Below are positions 1 through 11,592 of a DNA stretch of 64,000 nt, piece by piece. The notes under the pieces are model-generated. The model was given only the letters and a program-made list of their open reading frames with translations. It searched no databases and had not been told where the DNA came from. Both the position numbers and the translations under genes were made by a program. Source of the stretch: Corallochytrium limacisporum Hawaii (taxonomy: Eukaryota; Protista; Pluriformea); contig PDIP01000052.1 in assembly GCA_002811645.1 (NCBI GenBank), positions 107,698 through 171,697 on the forward strand, read 5' to 3'. Within the stretch, counting starts at the first letter, position 1, and the number at the start of each line of letters is the position of its first letter.

Positions 1-570
1 CTCCCAAGCGACGGCAGAGCTAAATCAAAATGAGTAGATTTGATACAATATTCTCAGACAGAGGGTGGTACCACAGTTGCAGGGCATTCCCAGCACAAGT
101 GCGTCTGCGGGTACTAAATATACTTGGTATTCCGTAGTACAGTAACTAATGTACCACTACCACGTACGCTATAAGGCTTCGACATCTGTGCAAACAGCAC
201 GCTCCCGCATCCAAGACAGTGAGCAACGAAACGGGGCCTATTATTATTTCCTCCGGTTCAGCTGCGCTACAATAAAAAAGGACTCCCCCTCGCGAGGAGG
301 CCGCTCCGGCGGCGCGCCCGCCCAAAAAAAAGGGGGGGGGGGCGCCCAAAGAGGGAGCGAGGGGGCCAGGTGAGACCGCGGTAAAGTAAGAACGAGGCAA
401 GAGTGCTATCCTCCAGTTTTTCCCAAGCGGCGGGGCGGGTTATTTTCGTTGAAATTTCGCGGGGTGGTCTCGTGCACACTCCCGTCTCCTTTCCGGGTTG
501 AGTCAGTACTGAACGTACTCGGCCGGTAAAATGTCTCGGGTTCGCGTCACACTGCCGGCGAGCGACCCAC

Positions 571-673
571 AGACACAGAGAGAGAGAGAGACAGAGAGAG
601 AAGCACCTCAGAGACCGACAGCGAACGAGAGAGAAGGGGGAGAGAGAGTGAGAGAGAGGGAGAGAGGGAGAGA

Positions 674-717
<44 letters not shown>

Positions 718-760
718 CCGAGACCGAGAGAGAGAGCGAGACCGAGACCGAGAGCGGAGA
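571..760. repeat. (GA)n-rich microsatellite with GAGACC/GAGAGC hexamer variants
   Basis: Directly visible GA dinucleotide run followed by GAGACC units; it produces spurious ERERE/LSLSL ORFs. Confidence 0.95.
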
Positions 761-1028
761 GAGAAGCGGGGGTGGGCTTGGAACAGATAACGACGGGCGA
801 ATTCTTGTGCGCACCACAATTGTAATCATCCGGAATTATCTAATATAGTAAATATGACCTATATTATCACTTTCATCAATATACGGATAGTATAAAAGCA
901 TGGACAATGTCGGAGCCCCGGAAATCGCACCACCGGCAGATCCGCCAAACCGTTGGATATACGCGAGTCGACTGGGCCAGGCACTCGCCAACCCGCTAGG
1001 CCGCCCATCTTCCAACACCCCCCCCCCC

Positions 1029-1144
1029 NNNNNNNNNNNNNNNNNNNNNNNNNNNNNNNNNNNNNNNNNNNNNNNNNNNNNNNNNNNNNNNNNNNNNNNN
1101 NNNNNNNNNNNNNNNNNNNNNNNNNNNNNNNNNNNNNNNNNNNN
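1029..1144. other. Assembly gap (N run) with duplicated flanks
   Basis: N run; CCAACCCGCTAGGCCGCCCATCTTCCAAC plus a C-run occurs both at 988 and at 1145. Confidence 0.95.
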
Positions 1145-1664
1145 CCAACCCGCTAGGCCGCCCATCTTCCAACCCCCCCCCCCCCCGGGGGGGCTTGCGT
1201 TATGACTGGGTCGGCTTGCAAGCGTCTTCTGGTGGCTTTGTTTAAATCCGCGGCTCCTCATGCTCCTTGGTGGTTGCTTGACGTTTCCTTATGCGTCTGA
1301 TTCAATCCTCCTCTTCCCCTCCCCCCCCCCCTCCACATCTCCTCCACCAGAGACCAAGAGCTCTTGCCACAGGACTTTCTCTTTGTTCAAAATTTTCACT
1401 CTCCAAATTCGGCCAGCTTGGCTACTGCGATGTACCGGTCCTTGTGCTCGGTGCGTGAGTGAATACGAACAATTTTTTCTCGATTCTTCTGTGTTTGATG
1501 CGTGTACACGTCGGTGCCTCGTCACCGTGCTGAGACAAGGCAGGAGCCGAGCGCCACTGAGCCACAAAGAGAGACGGAGAGCGCAGAACAAAAAGAAAAG
1601 GTGGTCAGCAGACACCCTCCGTTCCTTGCCCACTTCCTTCGCATGACGGTCCCACAAAGGCCAC

Positions 1665-1673
1665 AGAGAGAGA

Positions 1674-1730
<57 letters not shown>
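1665..1730. repeat. (GA)n microsatellite
   Basis: Directly visible. Confidence 0.95.
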
Positions 1731-1735
<5 letters not shown>

Positions 1736-1807
1736 GACCTGAAACTTTCCTTGCTTTTTGATTTTGATTTTGATTTTTCTTGTTTTTTTATTGGGCTCCC
1801 GTGCGTT

Positions 1808-1960
1808 GCCTGCCTGCCTGCCTGCCTGCCTGCTAGCTTTCCTTTTGCCGCGGCAAAATATAAAAAAAGAAAAGGAGGGAGACCGGAGAATGCCCCGAAA
1901 AATAAAAAGAAAGAACCCGCCCAGAGCTGCCACGCAGCCAGCCAGCCAGCCAGCCAGCCA
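1808..1960. repeat. (GCCT)n and (GCCA)n tetranucleotide tracts
   Basis: GCCT repeats at ~1808-1832 and GCCA repeats at ~1937-1960. Confidence 0.85.
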
Positions 1961-2385
1961 AGGCGGGCAGCACCCCTGGTCCAAAACAAAGGATCAATCA
2001 GCGCCGGGTGGGTGCTGGCAGTGCTGCAACTCTGACCTTCTCTCCCGATACGTGTCCTGCCCTTTCGCGTGTGAAGGCGAAGCTCGCAGGTTTTGTCTTG
2101 CTCTGTTTCTCTGTCTCTGTGCGTGCGTGGCTCACCGTTACCGTGCGGTTTCGGGACCTCCTGCTGCTGCTGCTGCTGCTGCTCCCGTCTTGTCCGTGTG
2201 TGCTCAGGCACACACGCCCAGGGGGGGGATGGGGGGCCAAACTGAAATAGCCCGGACCTCCCGATCCTCCTCCTCTCTCTCACACACACAACGCCGGCAG
2301 GTGGGCTCGCTCCCGGTTCACGGAACACCCCCACCCAGGCCCCCCCCCTCCTTCTCTCTCTCTCCTGCAAGAACGCGCGGAGACA

Positions 2386-2399
2386 AGAGAGAGAGAGAG

Positions 2400-2431
<32 letters not shown>

Positions 2432-2470
2432 AGGAGAGAGAAGGCGAGAGAGGGAGAGAGAGAGAGGGAG
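2386..2470. repeat. (GA)n-rich microsatellite
   Basis: Directly visible. Confidence 0.9.
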
Positions 2471-2949
2471 AGGGGGGGGGGACGGGGCAATTTTTCTTTT
2501 TCAGGGAAAAAGTTGCGTTCATGCGGCAACAGAGGCGACCGAAAGGAAGCCAAGTAGTATCACGATGGCAAAAAAAGTTAGTAGCGAAGGACGTACCCCA
2601 ATGATGGCCCCAAACGTAAAAGGAGGAGGGAGGGAGGGAGAGAGGGGGGGGGGCAGGCAACTGCGAATAAAGGGGAAAGAGACGGTGTGATTTCCTTGGA
2701 TGCTATTTCCCACTTTTTTTTTACACTTTCTTTCTTTATCCTTTTTTTTGGTTCCTCCATTTCCGTCATTTGTTTCTCTCTCTCCCCCCCCTCTTCCTTT
2801 TTTTTTTTCCTTTTGGTTGGGGACAGATACGGTCCGCTCCGCTGACACCCTCCCCCGTGCGTGTGGCGTGTGTACGTAGGGGGAGACGGTGTTTCCGGCC
2901 GAGGTTCCCACTGGGTCCCGCTTTTGTTGGTGCGCCGTCCTTGCTGGGA

Positions 2950-3099
2950 GTGAGTAAGCATATCGTTACTTGCTTTGCGCTTTCTCGTCGTCATTTGGCA
3001 TACTGCGGTGTCGATGCTGTCCTGACTGTGTGCATGAAACGGTGGCGGTGATATGTTCATGTGCTAACCCAAACAAACTTTATATGCTCAATCGGGCAG
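2950..3099 (+). other. Candidate 5' UTR spliceosomal intron of POR
   Basis: GTGAGT donor at 2950; TGCTAAC branch site at 3062-3068; the first AG downstream is CAG ending at 3099. The donor choice is uncertain. Confidence 0.45.
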
Positions 3100-3341
3100 G
3101 ACCACGGGTGAGCGTGGCCGAGAATGCGGTGAGGTATATCAGGGCACAGGCACTGAGCAACTACTTTGGAACTCGAACGCTGTCATCCACTCGCACCGTC
3201 TCCATTAGGAAACTTTGGAGACCCAGATCAAAGACTAGACATTCAAAGACACCATTAGATCTAGCACCCGGGATAGTTATTCGGGACCAGACCTATTGTT
3301 CAGATTGGAGGACAAGTCCAGTTTCCACTAGTAGATAGTTT

Positions 3342-3384
3342 CACACACACACACACACACGCGCGCGCACACACGCACACACAC
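3342..3384. repeat. Alternating CA/CG purine-pyrimidine tract just upstream of the POR start codon
   Basis: (CA)n(CG)n(CA)n ending 13 nt before the ATG at 3398. Confidence 0.85.
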
Positions 3385-3397
3385 TCTCTGAGCAATC

Positions 3398-5440
3398 ATG
3401 GCTGACGTGGAGGACCAGAAGCCGCTGCTTGATACCATGGACATTGTCCTGCTCATTCTTCTGGGCATTGGTGGAGCAGCGTACTACTACTATAGCCAGC
3501 CAGCAAAGCCTAAGGTCTCGATCCTGGGCCCCGGCGCCAAGAAGCTGAATGGAACCAACGGAACGCGGTCTTCCGCCATGTTCGACGATAGCGACTTTGT
3601 GGAGCAGATGAAGCGGGACAAGAAGGACATGGTAATCTTCTTCGGTTCTCAGACCGGGACGGCTGAGGACTTTGCACGCCGTTTGGCCAAGGAGGCCGCT
3701 GGTCTTGGATTCAAGTGTCTGGTTGCGGACATCGAAGACTACGAAATGGAGAACCTTACCAAGTTGGGAGGTGAGCTGGGAGAGGACCACCTGGCTGTTT
3801 TCTGCATGGCCACCTATGGTGAGGGCGATCCCACCGACAACTCGCAGACCTTCTGGGATTGGATGCACGATGAAGCCGACGTCGGCGAGACTGACATGAG
3901 CAAGCTCAAGTTTGCTGTCTTCTCCCTGGGAAACAAGACCTACGAACACTATCAGTCAGTCGGTCGCTACACTGACAAGCGCCTTGAGGAGCTCGGGGCC
4001 CAGCGGATGTGCGAACGTGGTGAGGGTGACGATGATGGCAGCATCGAGGATGATTTTGTGGCATGGAAGGAGCAGTTTTGGCCAACCATCGCCGAGAAGT
4101 ACGGTCGTGAGATCAACTTTGACGGTATCGGTGAGGAACGCACCTACGAGGTGGTGAAGTCCGAGGTGGCTGAGAAGTATGTGTACACCGGAGAGCCTGC
4201 TCGCGTCGGATCCTACCGCACCCAACGGGGCCCCTACGATCAGAAGAATCCATTCCTGGCACCAATGGCAGTCAAGAAAGACCTGTTTACCGTTGGAGGC
4301 GAACGCCACTGCTACCACATTGAATTCAATCTCAAGGGATCCGGTATCAGGTACGCTGCTGGCGATCATCTCGGTGTCTACCCCACCAACGACCTTGAGC
4401 TTGTCAAGAAAATTGTTGAGCGCCTGGGTGACGACATTGACACTGTCATGAAGTTCAAGCCGATTGATCCCGCTGCCGGCGCCAAGGGACCGTTCCCGAA
4501 CCCTTGCACCTACCGCACAGCTCTCATGCACTACGCTGACATCACCACCCCTCTCAAGGGTCATCACTTTAATGAACTCGCGAAGTACTGCACGGTCGAA
4601 GAGGAGCAGAATGCAATGAAGGAATTGGGCACCAAAGACGGGAAGGCTAAACTGGACAAGTTCTTGCAGCACGGTCAGGGTGATCTGCTGGATGTGCTCG
4701 AGCGCTTCCCTTCCCTGCAGCCCCCGATTGATCACGTCTTGGAGATGCTACCCCGCATGCAGATCCGCTACTACTCAATCTCTTCGTCCCCGAAGGTCGA
4801 CCCAAACATCGTCGCCATCACTGCCGTTCTGGTGGAGTACAATCTGCCGTCCGGTCGCAACAAGAAGGGCGTTGCCACCGGCTGGTTCCACAACCTCAAT
4901 TGCGACGGCCAAGAAGTCAAGGTCCCGTGCTTTGTGCGCAAGAGCACCTTCCGTTTGCCCGGCAAGAAAAACACTCCCGTCATTATGATTGGACCCGGTA
5001 CTGGTCTGGCGCCGTTCCGTGGTTTCATTCAGGACCGCGAGGCCGACGTGAAGACCGCCGGTGGCGATACTTCCGATCTGAACATGGATCTCTACTACGG
5101 ATGTCGCAAGAGTGCCGAAGATTACCTCTACCGGGACTACCTAGAAGAAAGTGACAAGAATGGAATTTTGACCAACCTGTACACGGCTTTTAGTCGGGAA
5201 GGACCCAAGAAGGTATACGTGCAACATCTGCTGGAGAAGCAGGCGGCGCGGGTGTGGGAACTCCTGGAGCAGGGAGGTCATGTGTACATTTGTGGTGATG
5301 CCTCAAATATGGCCCGTGACGTGCACAACGTGTTGATCAAGGCCATCAAGGACGGCGGAAACATGACCGACAACGAAGCCCACGAGTATATCCAGAAGCT
5401 GGAGAAGCAGCACCGATACCAAAAGGACGTCTGGAGCTAA
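3398..5440 (+). CDS. POR: NADPH-cytochrome P450 reductase
   Basis: N-terminal TM anchor; flavodoxin motifs FFGSQTGTAE and ATYGEGDPTDN; RYYSISSS; MIGPGTGLAPFRGF; YICGDA; C-terminal DVWS. 680 aa intronless ORF. Confidence 0.98.
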   Translation: MADVEDQKPLLDTMDIVLLILLGIGGAAYYYYSQPAKPKVSILGPGAKKLNGTNGTRSSAMFDDSDFVEQMKRDKKDMVIFFGSQTGTAEDFARRLAKEAAGLGFKCLVADIEDYEMENLTKLGGELGEDHLAVFCMATYGEGDPTDNSQTFWDWMHDEADVGETDMSKLKFAVFSLGNKTYEHYQSVGRYTDKRLEELGAQRMCERGEGDDDGSIEDDFVAWKEQFWPTIAEKYGREINFDGIGEERTYEVVKSEVAEKYVYTGEPARVGSYRTQRGPYDQKNPFLAPMAVKKDLFTVGGERHCYHIEFNLKGSGIRYAAGDHLGVYPTNDLELVKKIVERLGDDIDTVMKFKPIDPAAGAKGPFPNPCTYRTALMHYADITTPLKGHHFNELAKYCTVEEEQNAMKELGTKDGKAKLDKFLQHGQGDLLDVLERFPSLQPPIDHVLEMLPRMQIRYYSISSSPKVDPNIVAITAVLVEYNLPSGRNKKGVATGWFHNLNCDGQEVKVPCFVRKSTFRLPGKKNTPVIMIGPGTGLAPFRGFIQDREADVKTAGGDTSDLNMDLYYGCRKSAEDYLYRDYLEESDKNGILTNLYTAFSREGPKKVYVQHLLEKQAARVWELLEQGGHVYICGDASNMARDVHNVLIKAIKDGGNMTDNEAHEYIQKLEKQHRYQKDVWS

Positions 5441-5760
5441 ATTCAACATAGTGTTTTGGCGGGTGGCCCTTTGCACCCATTCTCACTTCCTTTCATATTT
5501 TCACAAAAGCAACAACATCCATCTATATTTCTACATTTCCTTTCACAATTCCTAAGAAAGAACCTTCTTCAACATGATGATTCGCAATCGCGCTACCATC
5601 ACCGAACTCCGTATGGACAGTCAGACAGGCGGACCAGGTTATCACTTCCAACTCAATCGTTCGGAATAAAAGTTTGAACACCCATCATACTGAGCATGAC
5701 ATAGCAGCAGTGAATGACACTCTACGAGTTCTTTGCATTCTTGACCTTGTCAGGTGTTCT

Positions 5761-8442
5761 TCATCGGCGCCTGCGCCGCTTGCCGGAGTTTCCACGGCCA
5801 AAACGTCCGCCTTGGGCAGGATCGCGCCGTTTCAAGCGCTCCCGGAACACCACGGGACCACCACCCATCGCTGCCGCCGCTGCCGCGGACGCCTGGGGTG
5901 GGCCACTGAAGGAGCCGGCTCCCAGAGTTCCCATTGCTGCTGACCCAGGCGAGGCCCTCGCAACGGCAGCTCCATCCATGAGTGCCTTTCCACGACCACT
6001 CTGCCGCTGCCGCTGCACCTGCTGCCGATCTCCACCTTTGAGTTTAGCCAGGGCCTGCGCCAGTTGTGCCTCGGCCTGTGCCAGGTTCCTCTTCTCCTCA
6101 GGTGACAATTCCTTCGTGACAGAAAGTGCTCCCTCTGTGTCCAGATCCTCGGCATCTCCGCCATCTTCGCCCAGAGCATCTACGAGATTCCGTACCATGC
6201 GGTCCTGGCGCGCGTTCTTATTCTGTCTGTGCTGCAAGCTGTCCACGCGCTGCACGAGCTTCACCACAGGCCTCAGACGCGCCAGTTCGGTGAGGTCTAC
6301 ATCGTGTGGAGGCACGTGGGTGCGTTTAAGTTGCTGAAGCAAGGCCTTATAGTTTTTTGAATCGTCCGGCGAGACAAGCGCAATGGCCGTGCCCGTTGCG
6401 TCTGTGCCACGGGCAGTACGGCCGGAGCGATGAATGTATGTGTCTGCGGTCCGGGGCAGTTGGTAGTGCACGACGGTGGTGATACCCCGAATATCAATGC
6501 CCCTGGCAGCCACATCAGTGGCAAGCATAACACCACGCGGACTGGTCTTGAAGCGGTCCAGGTTCTTCAGACGTGCTCGCTGCTGCATGCTGCCATGTAC
6601 GGGGACGACGATTTGGTCGGACACATGTTGCTGCTTGGTCTGTGCTTTCCCTCTACTAAATTTGCCTGTCTGTAAATGTGTGTCCGGTTTACTAAGCTGG
6701 AGCAACCGACAGATGGACTGCAACCTTTGAATGCATGTGATGGAGTTGGCAAAGACAAGAGTCTTGCCCGGAGCATTCCGCAGAATGTAATACAAATATA
6801 GATCCTTCTCATCCTGCATACAAACGATCTTCTCCTCGGTTAGACCGGCTGCAGTGGCCTTGGCAGTGGTCAGATCGACATACTTGGGTTTACCTGTGAA
6901 CCGAATGCGGGTCAGGAGCATAGCCACCGTACCTTTTTCCTCATCCATCTTGGCGCCGGGCCTCTTTTTCTTCTTGACTGCGGCAGCTAGTTTCTTTTCT
7001 TTTCGCATCTTGGTCAGATCGAGACCCAGAGTTGCGGACAGCACGTAGACTTGCTTTCGCGACTTTGCTCCAAAGCCCTTTGCAACGTCGTTATCTGCGG
7101 CATTCAGGCCATCTGTCGGTTTCAATTTACCCGTGAAAAAATCTTCATCATCCGGGATGGCGTCTGGCAGCTCCATGGATAAATCACGGTCCGATCCCAG
7201 TGCCATCTGCACAATGAGGTCCAGCTCTTGGTAGTGACCCTCTTCAATCATGCGATCCGCTTCGTCAATGATCAAAAATTTGAGTCCCGAAAGGTCGTCT
7301 AGGTGGACCATTCTTGTGACCATCAGCTCATGAAGACGACCAGGAGTGCCCACAATGATCTCGGGGCGCTGTTTGAGGAGACGTTCCTGTTTTGGGATGG
7401 CCTGCCCACCAACCATGGCGGCCACAGTGACCCGCTCCTTATCAGGCAGGCGTGAAGTCACAGCCACGAGGTGGTCCCGAACCTGCAGGGCCAGCTCTCT
7501 GGTTGGTGCAATGACCAAGCCAACCAATTTTTTCTTTTCTTGGTTCTCGCTCGCGCTGTCTGCGTCGTCATTGTCGGCAGTGTCACCCTCGTCTTCGCGC
7601 TTCTTCTTGACATTTGTCTGTTTTTGCGGCATTGGCTTCGGCAACACACCTGCCTCTCGTGCAGAGATTAAATGGTGCAGCAGTGGAATACCAAACGAAA
7701 GGGTCTTACCGGAGCCCGTCTCCGCCGCCACAAGAACGTCATTGCCGATCTGCAAACCATGTGGAATGGCTCGATACTGGACGGGCGTTGGTGAGATATA
7801 TCCTGCTTTGTTGAGTGCTTGACTTACTGTGGGATGCACCCCTAAGGTAGCCCAATCTGTGTTAGTGCCATCCTCCATCCCATCCTTGTCATCTTGGCCC
7901 TCTGTCCTCCCTTCCTCTGACCCACCGGTAGCGGCCTCCTCATTGTCCTGTTCTGATACGAGTGCTCCACCATCCTCTACCCTTTCCTCTTCAAAGCTTG
8001 GCTCCTTCTTTTTCTTCTTCTGCATTTGTTTCTCCTTTTTCTTGTTCAATGACTTCATCTCCGCCTCTGCTGCAGCTTCCAGTTCGTCAATATCCGAGGG
8101 GAGATCCTCCGGAAGATCGCCGGGATCCCCACCGGGAATTTCTCCACCGTCTTCCATCCAAATACTTTCAAAGTCTACGATATTACCATCGTCATCAATG
8201 GAGTTCATGGGAATGCTGAGCCCACCTTTAGCATCCGTGTCGTAGTCATCGATCACTTCGAGGCCCATGAATCCTCCCATATCCAGGCTACGGGTCTTTA
8301 GGGAAGGTACGTCCATGCGCCGCCAACCCGTCTTGTGGCCGGAGGATTTCTGTTGGATAGATTCGCTTTCCTTCTTCTTGGTGCCCACTGTCTTACCAGT
8401 GGCGCTCTTGGCTGACGCCTTGCCCTTACGTTTCTTTCCCAT
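5761..8442 (-). CDS. DDX24: DEAD-box RNA helicase DDX24/Mak5-like
   Basis: AETGSGKT, PTRELA, TPGRL, DEADRM, SAT, TDVAARGID and HRSGRTAR motifs; N-terminal GFMGLEVIDDY segment and insertions typical of Mak5/DDX24. The first ATG (MGKKRK) is at 8442; the ORF-track start at 8634 is non-ATG. Confidence 0.9.
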   Translation of the reverse strand: MGKKRKGKASAKSATGKTVGTKKKESESIQQKSSGHKTGWRRMDVPSLKTRSLDMGGFMGLEVIDDYDTDAKGGLSIPMNSIDDDGNIVDFESIWMEDGGEIPGGDPGDLPEDLPSDIDELEAAAEAEMKSLNKKKEKQMQKKKKKEPSFEEERVEDGGALVSEQDNEEAATGGSEEGRTEGQDDKDGMEDGTNTDWATLGVHPTVSQALNKAGYISPTPVQYRAIPHGLQIGNDVLVAAETGSGKTLSFGIPLLHHLISAREAGVLPKPMPQKQTNVKKKREDEGDTADNDDADSASENQEKKKLVGLVIAPTRELALQVRDHLVAVTSRLPDKERVTVAAMVGGQAIPKQERLLKQRPEIIVGTPGRLHELMVTRMVHLDDLSGLKFLIIDEADRMIEEGHYQELDLIVQMALGSDRDLSMELPDAIPDDEDFFTGKLKPTDGLNAADNDVAKGFGAKSRKQVYVLSATLGLDLTKMRKEKKLAAAVKKKKRPGAKMDEEKGTVAMLLTRIRFTGKPKYVDLTTAKATAAGLTEEKIVCMQDEKDLYLYYILRNAPGKTLVFANSITCIQRLQSICRLLQLSKPDTHLQTGKFSRGKAQTKQQHVSDQIVVPVHGSMQQRARLKNLDRFKTSPRGVMLATDVAARGIDIRGITTVVHYQLPRTADTYIHRSGRTARGTDATGTAIALVSPDDSKNYKALLQQLKRTHVPPHDVDLTELARLRPVVKLVQRVDSLQHRQNKNARQDRMVRNLVDALGEDGGDAEDLDTEGALSVTKELSPEEKRNLAQAEAQLAQALAKLKGGDRQQVQRQRQSGRGKALMDGAAVARASPGSAAMGTLGAGSFSGPPQASAAAAAAMGGGPVVFRERLKRRDPAQGGRFGRGNSGKRRRRR

Positions 8443-9218
8443 GGCTGTGTTGTGTCTCTCTCGGCCAGTCTCGTGTACACTCAAGTCGTGCCCAGTACCC
8501 TTCACATCGCCGCTGTCGTTCGGGTATCCTCTTCCTTTAACCGTGTCACTGTTGTGTCCACGTGGTACAAAATCCTTAACTGCTCCAAAATACCTGATCT
8601 GAGCTAAGAATCGCTGGTTTTTGTTCCGGGACACTTTTGCAAACGCTCAAAACAAAGACAGCCCAAAGTCTCGGGTCTCAACCAGGTTCCCCCATCCACT
8701 CCACGCGGGTGGCGGGCTTACGAAACTGTCGCACAGACTCACCCTCTGCCGTCCGACCCGCTCCCACCTGGGTAGAGGGCTGGAGCGCGGGCTTTACACC
8801 GGTCTCGTCGTCTGGACGCCTAGCTGCCGGCCCCGGCCCCCCCTCCCCCTTCTTCTTTCTCCCTTCGCCTGGGGGAGGCCGGGCGGAAGGGGCAATACCA
8901 AAAATTTGAAACTGGGGTCGCGATGCAGAGTGACATGTTGACCAGGCCTTTGAATGATAGACCATGGTATTTTCGAAGGGACAATCAGTTTCAGATGTCA
9001 GCATGGTGATGAACAGGGGTGCTTTGTGTTGATAATGCTACGACCCGGTATAAGAACACTCCGCAGAGCGCTATCGGGAATCCGGCAGTGAAGAGAGACT
9101 CACTCTGACGTGAAGTTTGAATGTAGAGAATTTAATCACTAGCTCTAGGGCCAGCTTTACCACTTCAAAGCCCTGGCATGAATTAAAGAAAAGAGACAAA
9201 TACAGTTACAACAGAAAA

Positions 9219-10028
9219 ATGAACACAACTGTTACGGGCAACGGAGCAAATGAGGAGCCAAAGGGCGAGGACACAGCGTATGATGACATTGTTGTTCAGT
9301 ACGCCGCCAGTTCGTCGGACAGCGACAGCGAAGAGTCGGACAGCGGAGTCAGCAGCACGCGACGAGCATTTGTGCCACCAATAAATTTTGCTATGGTCGC
9401 ACCGGGTGTGTACCGCAGCGGATTTCCCAACCCTCGGAATCTGTCGTTCCTGAGAGTCTTGCACCTAAGGACAGTCGTGAACATTGGTACCGACAGCTAC
9501 TCCGAGAACTTGATGTCCTTCTTTGACGAACGCGGGATCACAGTGCTAGAGTTCCCATTGAAGGGCAATAAAGAACCGTTCACAGAAATTGATGGTGCCA
9601 CTATGGCCATGAGCTTGCGCGTTGTCCTCGACCAACGCAACCATCCCGTGCTCGTGCACTGCACCAAGGGCAAGCACCGCGTCGGCTGCTTCTGCGGAAT
9701 CATTCGCAAATTGCAGCGGTGGAGTCTGGTGTCGATCTTCGATGAGTACCGGCGGCTAGCGGGCCAGAAAACGCGGCTTCTAGATCAGCAATTTATCGAA
9801 CTCTACGATGTTCCAGACAGCGTCTGGCCGGAAGAGGAAGAGCATGCGCCCCAGTGGCTGCTGCGATGGACCTCCGATTCTCTTCTCGATGATGCGGAAA
9901 ATAACCACTACGGTGCCTCAAAGCCGCGGGAAGGAGTAACACGGTTCCGGTCTGATGGAAGGAGTCGGCGGGCCACGGTGATTGACCTGGAAGATGAAGA
10001 GGGTAATATACCGCTTGTATTTGACTGA
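9219..10028 (+). CDS. Siw14/PFA-DSP-type atypical dual-specificity (inositol pyrophosphate) phosphatase
   Basis: PPINFAMVAPGVYRSGFP, GNKEPF, catalytic HCTKGKHRVGC and DQQFIELY motifs; first ATG at 9219. Confidence 0.92.
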   Translation: MNTTVTGNGANEEPKGEDTAYDDIVVQYAASSSDSDSEESDSGVSSTRRAFVPPINFAMVAPGVYRSGFPNPRNLSFLRVLHLRTVVNIGTDSYSENLMSFFDERGITVLEFPLKGNKEPFTEIDGATMAMSLRVVLDQRNHPVLVHCTKGKHRVGCFCGIIRKLQRWSLVSIFDEYRRLAGQKTRLLDQQFIELYDVPDSVWPEEEEHAPQWLLRWTSDSLLDDAENNHYGASKPREGVTRFRSDGRSRRATVIDLEDEEGNIPLVFD

Positions 10029-10268
10029 GCAGGAAGCATACAAGCCTAAAGAAGCTTCACAGCGTGGTAAAGAAGATCATTTCAAAGAATCATACCGTGT
10101 CTTGCGAATTATGTAACTGTACGTTCACTTTGTTTAGTTTTTGGGTTGAATGATTTATGGTGAAGTGAAGGAAATGCCCCATGATTGTGCAAACTTACAG
10201 CCCTTACCCCGGGAGTTGGTTTGGAATAGTTCCTCCTTGTTCAGAATGATTGATGCTGTCTAGACACT

Positions 10269-11066
10269 TTACTGGCTGGCACCCTCATCATCCTCAATCT
10301 TGGGGGCAAGGTAGTATTTAATGTATCCAATCTCAGCCATGCGGTACTCAACGACTAAGGGGGTGTCACTGGCCATGTGCAAGCAGACCTGAGGAGTCAG
10401 GGTGGTGGCCTTGGTGAAGTTCGACAGGTACTTGATGGCAAAGGTCAGGCTGACAGCCTGTTGCAGTTCAATGGATATCTGCTCCTCGGGCTTCTTGTCA
10501 GTGGCACCGCCCTGGCGCAGCTTGACAGCTCCGGTGGAGTTCTCGCCCTGAGCAGAGAACTTGACACCCTCCTTGGTCACGGTGATGGTTACGTTCTCGG
10601 ACATAGTGCCAAGATCGCGGCAGATGCGCTGGAACTCAACACTGGGCATCTTGACTGTAGCATCGAACTGCTGCTCCGGAATACCCAGCTGCTCAGCGTC
10701 AATGTCCATCAGCTTGATGTCATACTCGGAAGTGCGCTCCTGGTCATTAGATTCGAAGCAAAATTTGACGGCATCGGGACTGTCGTCCTGTGTGGAGAGG
10801 GTGATAGCGTCTTCGTTAGTGGCACACTTCAGGACCTTGCCCAACACAGTCAGGTTCAGACCTAGGTTCACGGGGCGCTCGCAGCGATAAGACTCGAAAG
10901 CATCATTGCGGAGCAGCAGAGACACCAGAGAGACATGGCTGGAGTCCATTGCTTGCAGGGAGATACCGCCGGGGTTGCAGTCGAAGTTGGCCTCGGTGAC
11001 CATGTCCTTAATAGCATCCAGTGATCCCTTAAGGATGCGACCCTGTGCAAGACGTGCTTCAAACAT
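10269..11066 (-). CDS. PCNA: Proliferating cell nuclear antigen
   Basis: MFEARL start, LQAMDSSHVSLV, KLMDIDAEQLGIPE, YYLAPKIED. Confidence 0.99.
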   Translation of the reverse strand: MFEARLAQGRILKGSLDAIKDMVTEANFDCNPGGISLQAMDSSHVSLVSLLLRNDAFESYRCERPVNLGLNLTVLGKVLKCATNEDAITLSTQDDSPDAVKFCFESNDQERTSEYDIKLMDIDAEQLGIPEQQFDATVKMPSVEFQRICRDLGTMSENVTITVTKEGVKFSAQGENSTGAVKLRQGGATDKKPEEQISIELQQAVSLTFAIKYLSNFTKATTLTPQVCLHMASDTPLVVEYRMAEIGYIKYYLAPKIEDDEGASQ

Positions 11067-11584
11067 GGTTGCTGTTTCTCTTCTTGTATGAATGAACTAC
11101 TAAATCAGCTTTGAGCATTCCATTTGAAGCATGAGTGCCATTGATCCTGATCTACCTTTAGTACCATCAGATACCGTCGCCTTGACATAACTATGAAAAG
11201 CCCGCGCACAAAAGGCTCTGACAATTCCAAAGCATCGGCTGCTCCTGCTTGCGGCCAAGACGCACGCAAACAGACCACTAACACCACTGTCTCTGTGGCA
11301 ATCATCTCCATTACAGTTCTGTCTCTCCAAAGTATTCGCGCCCAAACCAAGATCTCAGAGGGCCTCGAACACACTAGGCGCTGCACATCCTCTCGGTCGA
11401 CCGTTTTCAAGGGAGTAACAACACGCTTAGCACAGAGTCCGAGCCACGGGGGAGAGACCAGGGAGAGACTTGCGCTGCGGACCGGACCCCGAGGAACGAG
11501 AGAGAGAAAAAAAGATATCAGAACACCCCCGAACAAAGAGAGAGTGTGGCCGTCGAAAGGTAGAGAGAGAGGGGGAAAAAAGAG

Positions 11585-11592
11585 GCGCGAAA
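11585..11592 (-). promoter_or_regulatory. E2F-like site (TTTCGCGC) upstream of PCNA
   Basis: GCGCGAAA on the + strand, ~520 bp upstream of the PCNA ATG; matches TTTSSCGC. Confidence 0.45.

Noticed and set aside
988-1193. Direct repeat flanking the first N-gap, resembling a target-site duplication or LTR
   Set aside because: The same sequence on both sides of a gap at a poly-C tract is typical of unmerged overlapping contig ends; the same pattern occurs at the 49108-49236 gap.
531-2690. Long overlapping ORFs (up to 343 aa) with ERERE/LSLSL runs
   Set aside because: These arise from stop-free GA/CT microsatellites and carry no protein family motifs.
3341-4735. 202-aa and 259-aa ORFs antisense to POR, and similar shadow ORFs on PCNA, TCHP and ORC1
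   Set aside because: Antisense open frames are expected from codon bias in genuine genes; there are no independent motifs.
8443-8634. 64-codon in-frame extension upstream of the DDX24 ATG
   Set aside because: It needs a non-ATG start and is not helicase-like; most likely 5' UTR or promoter sequence.
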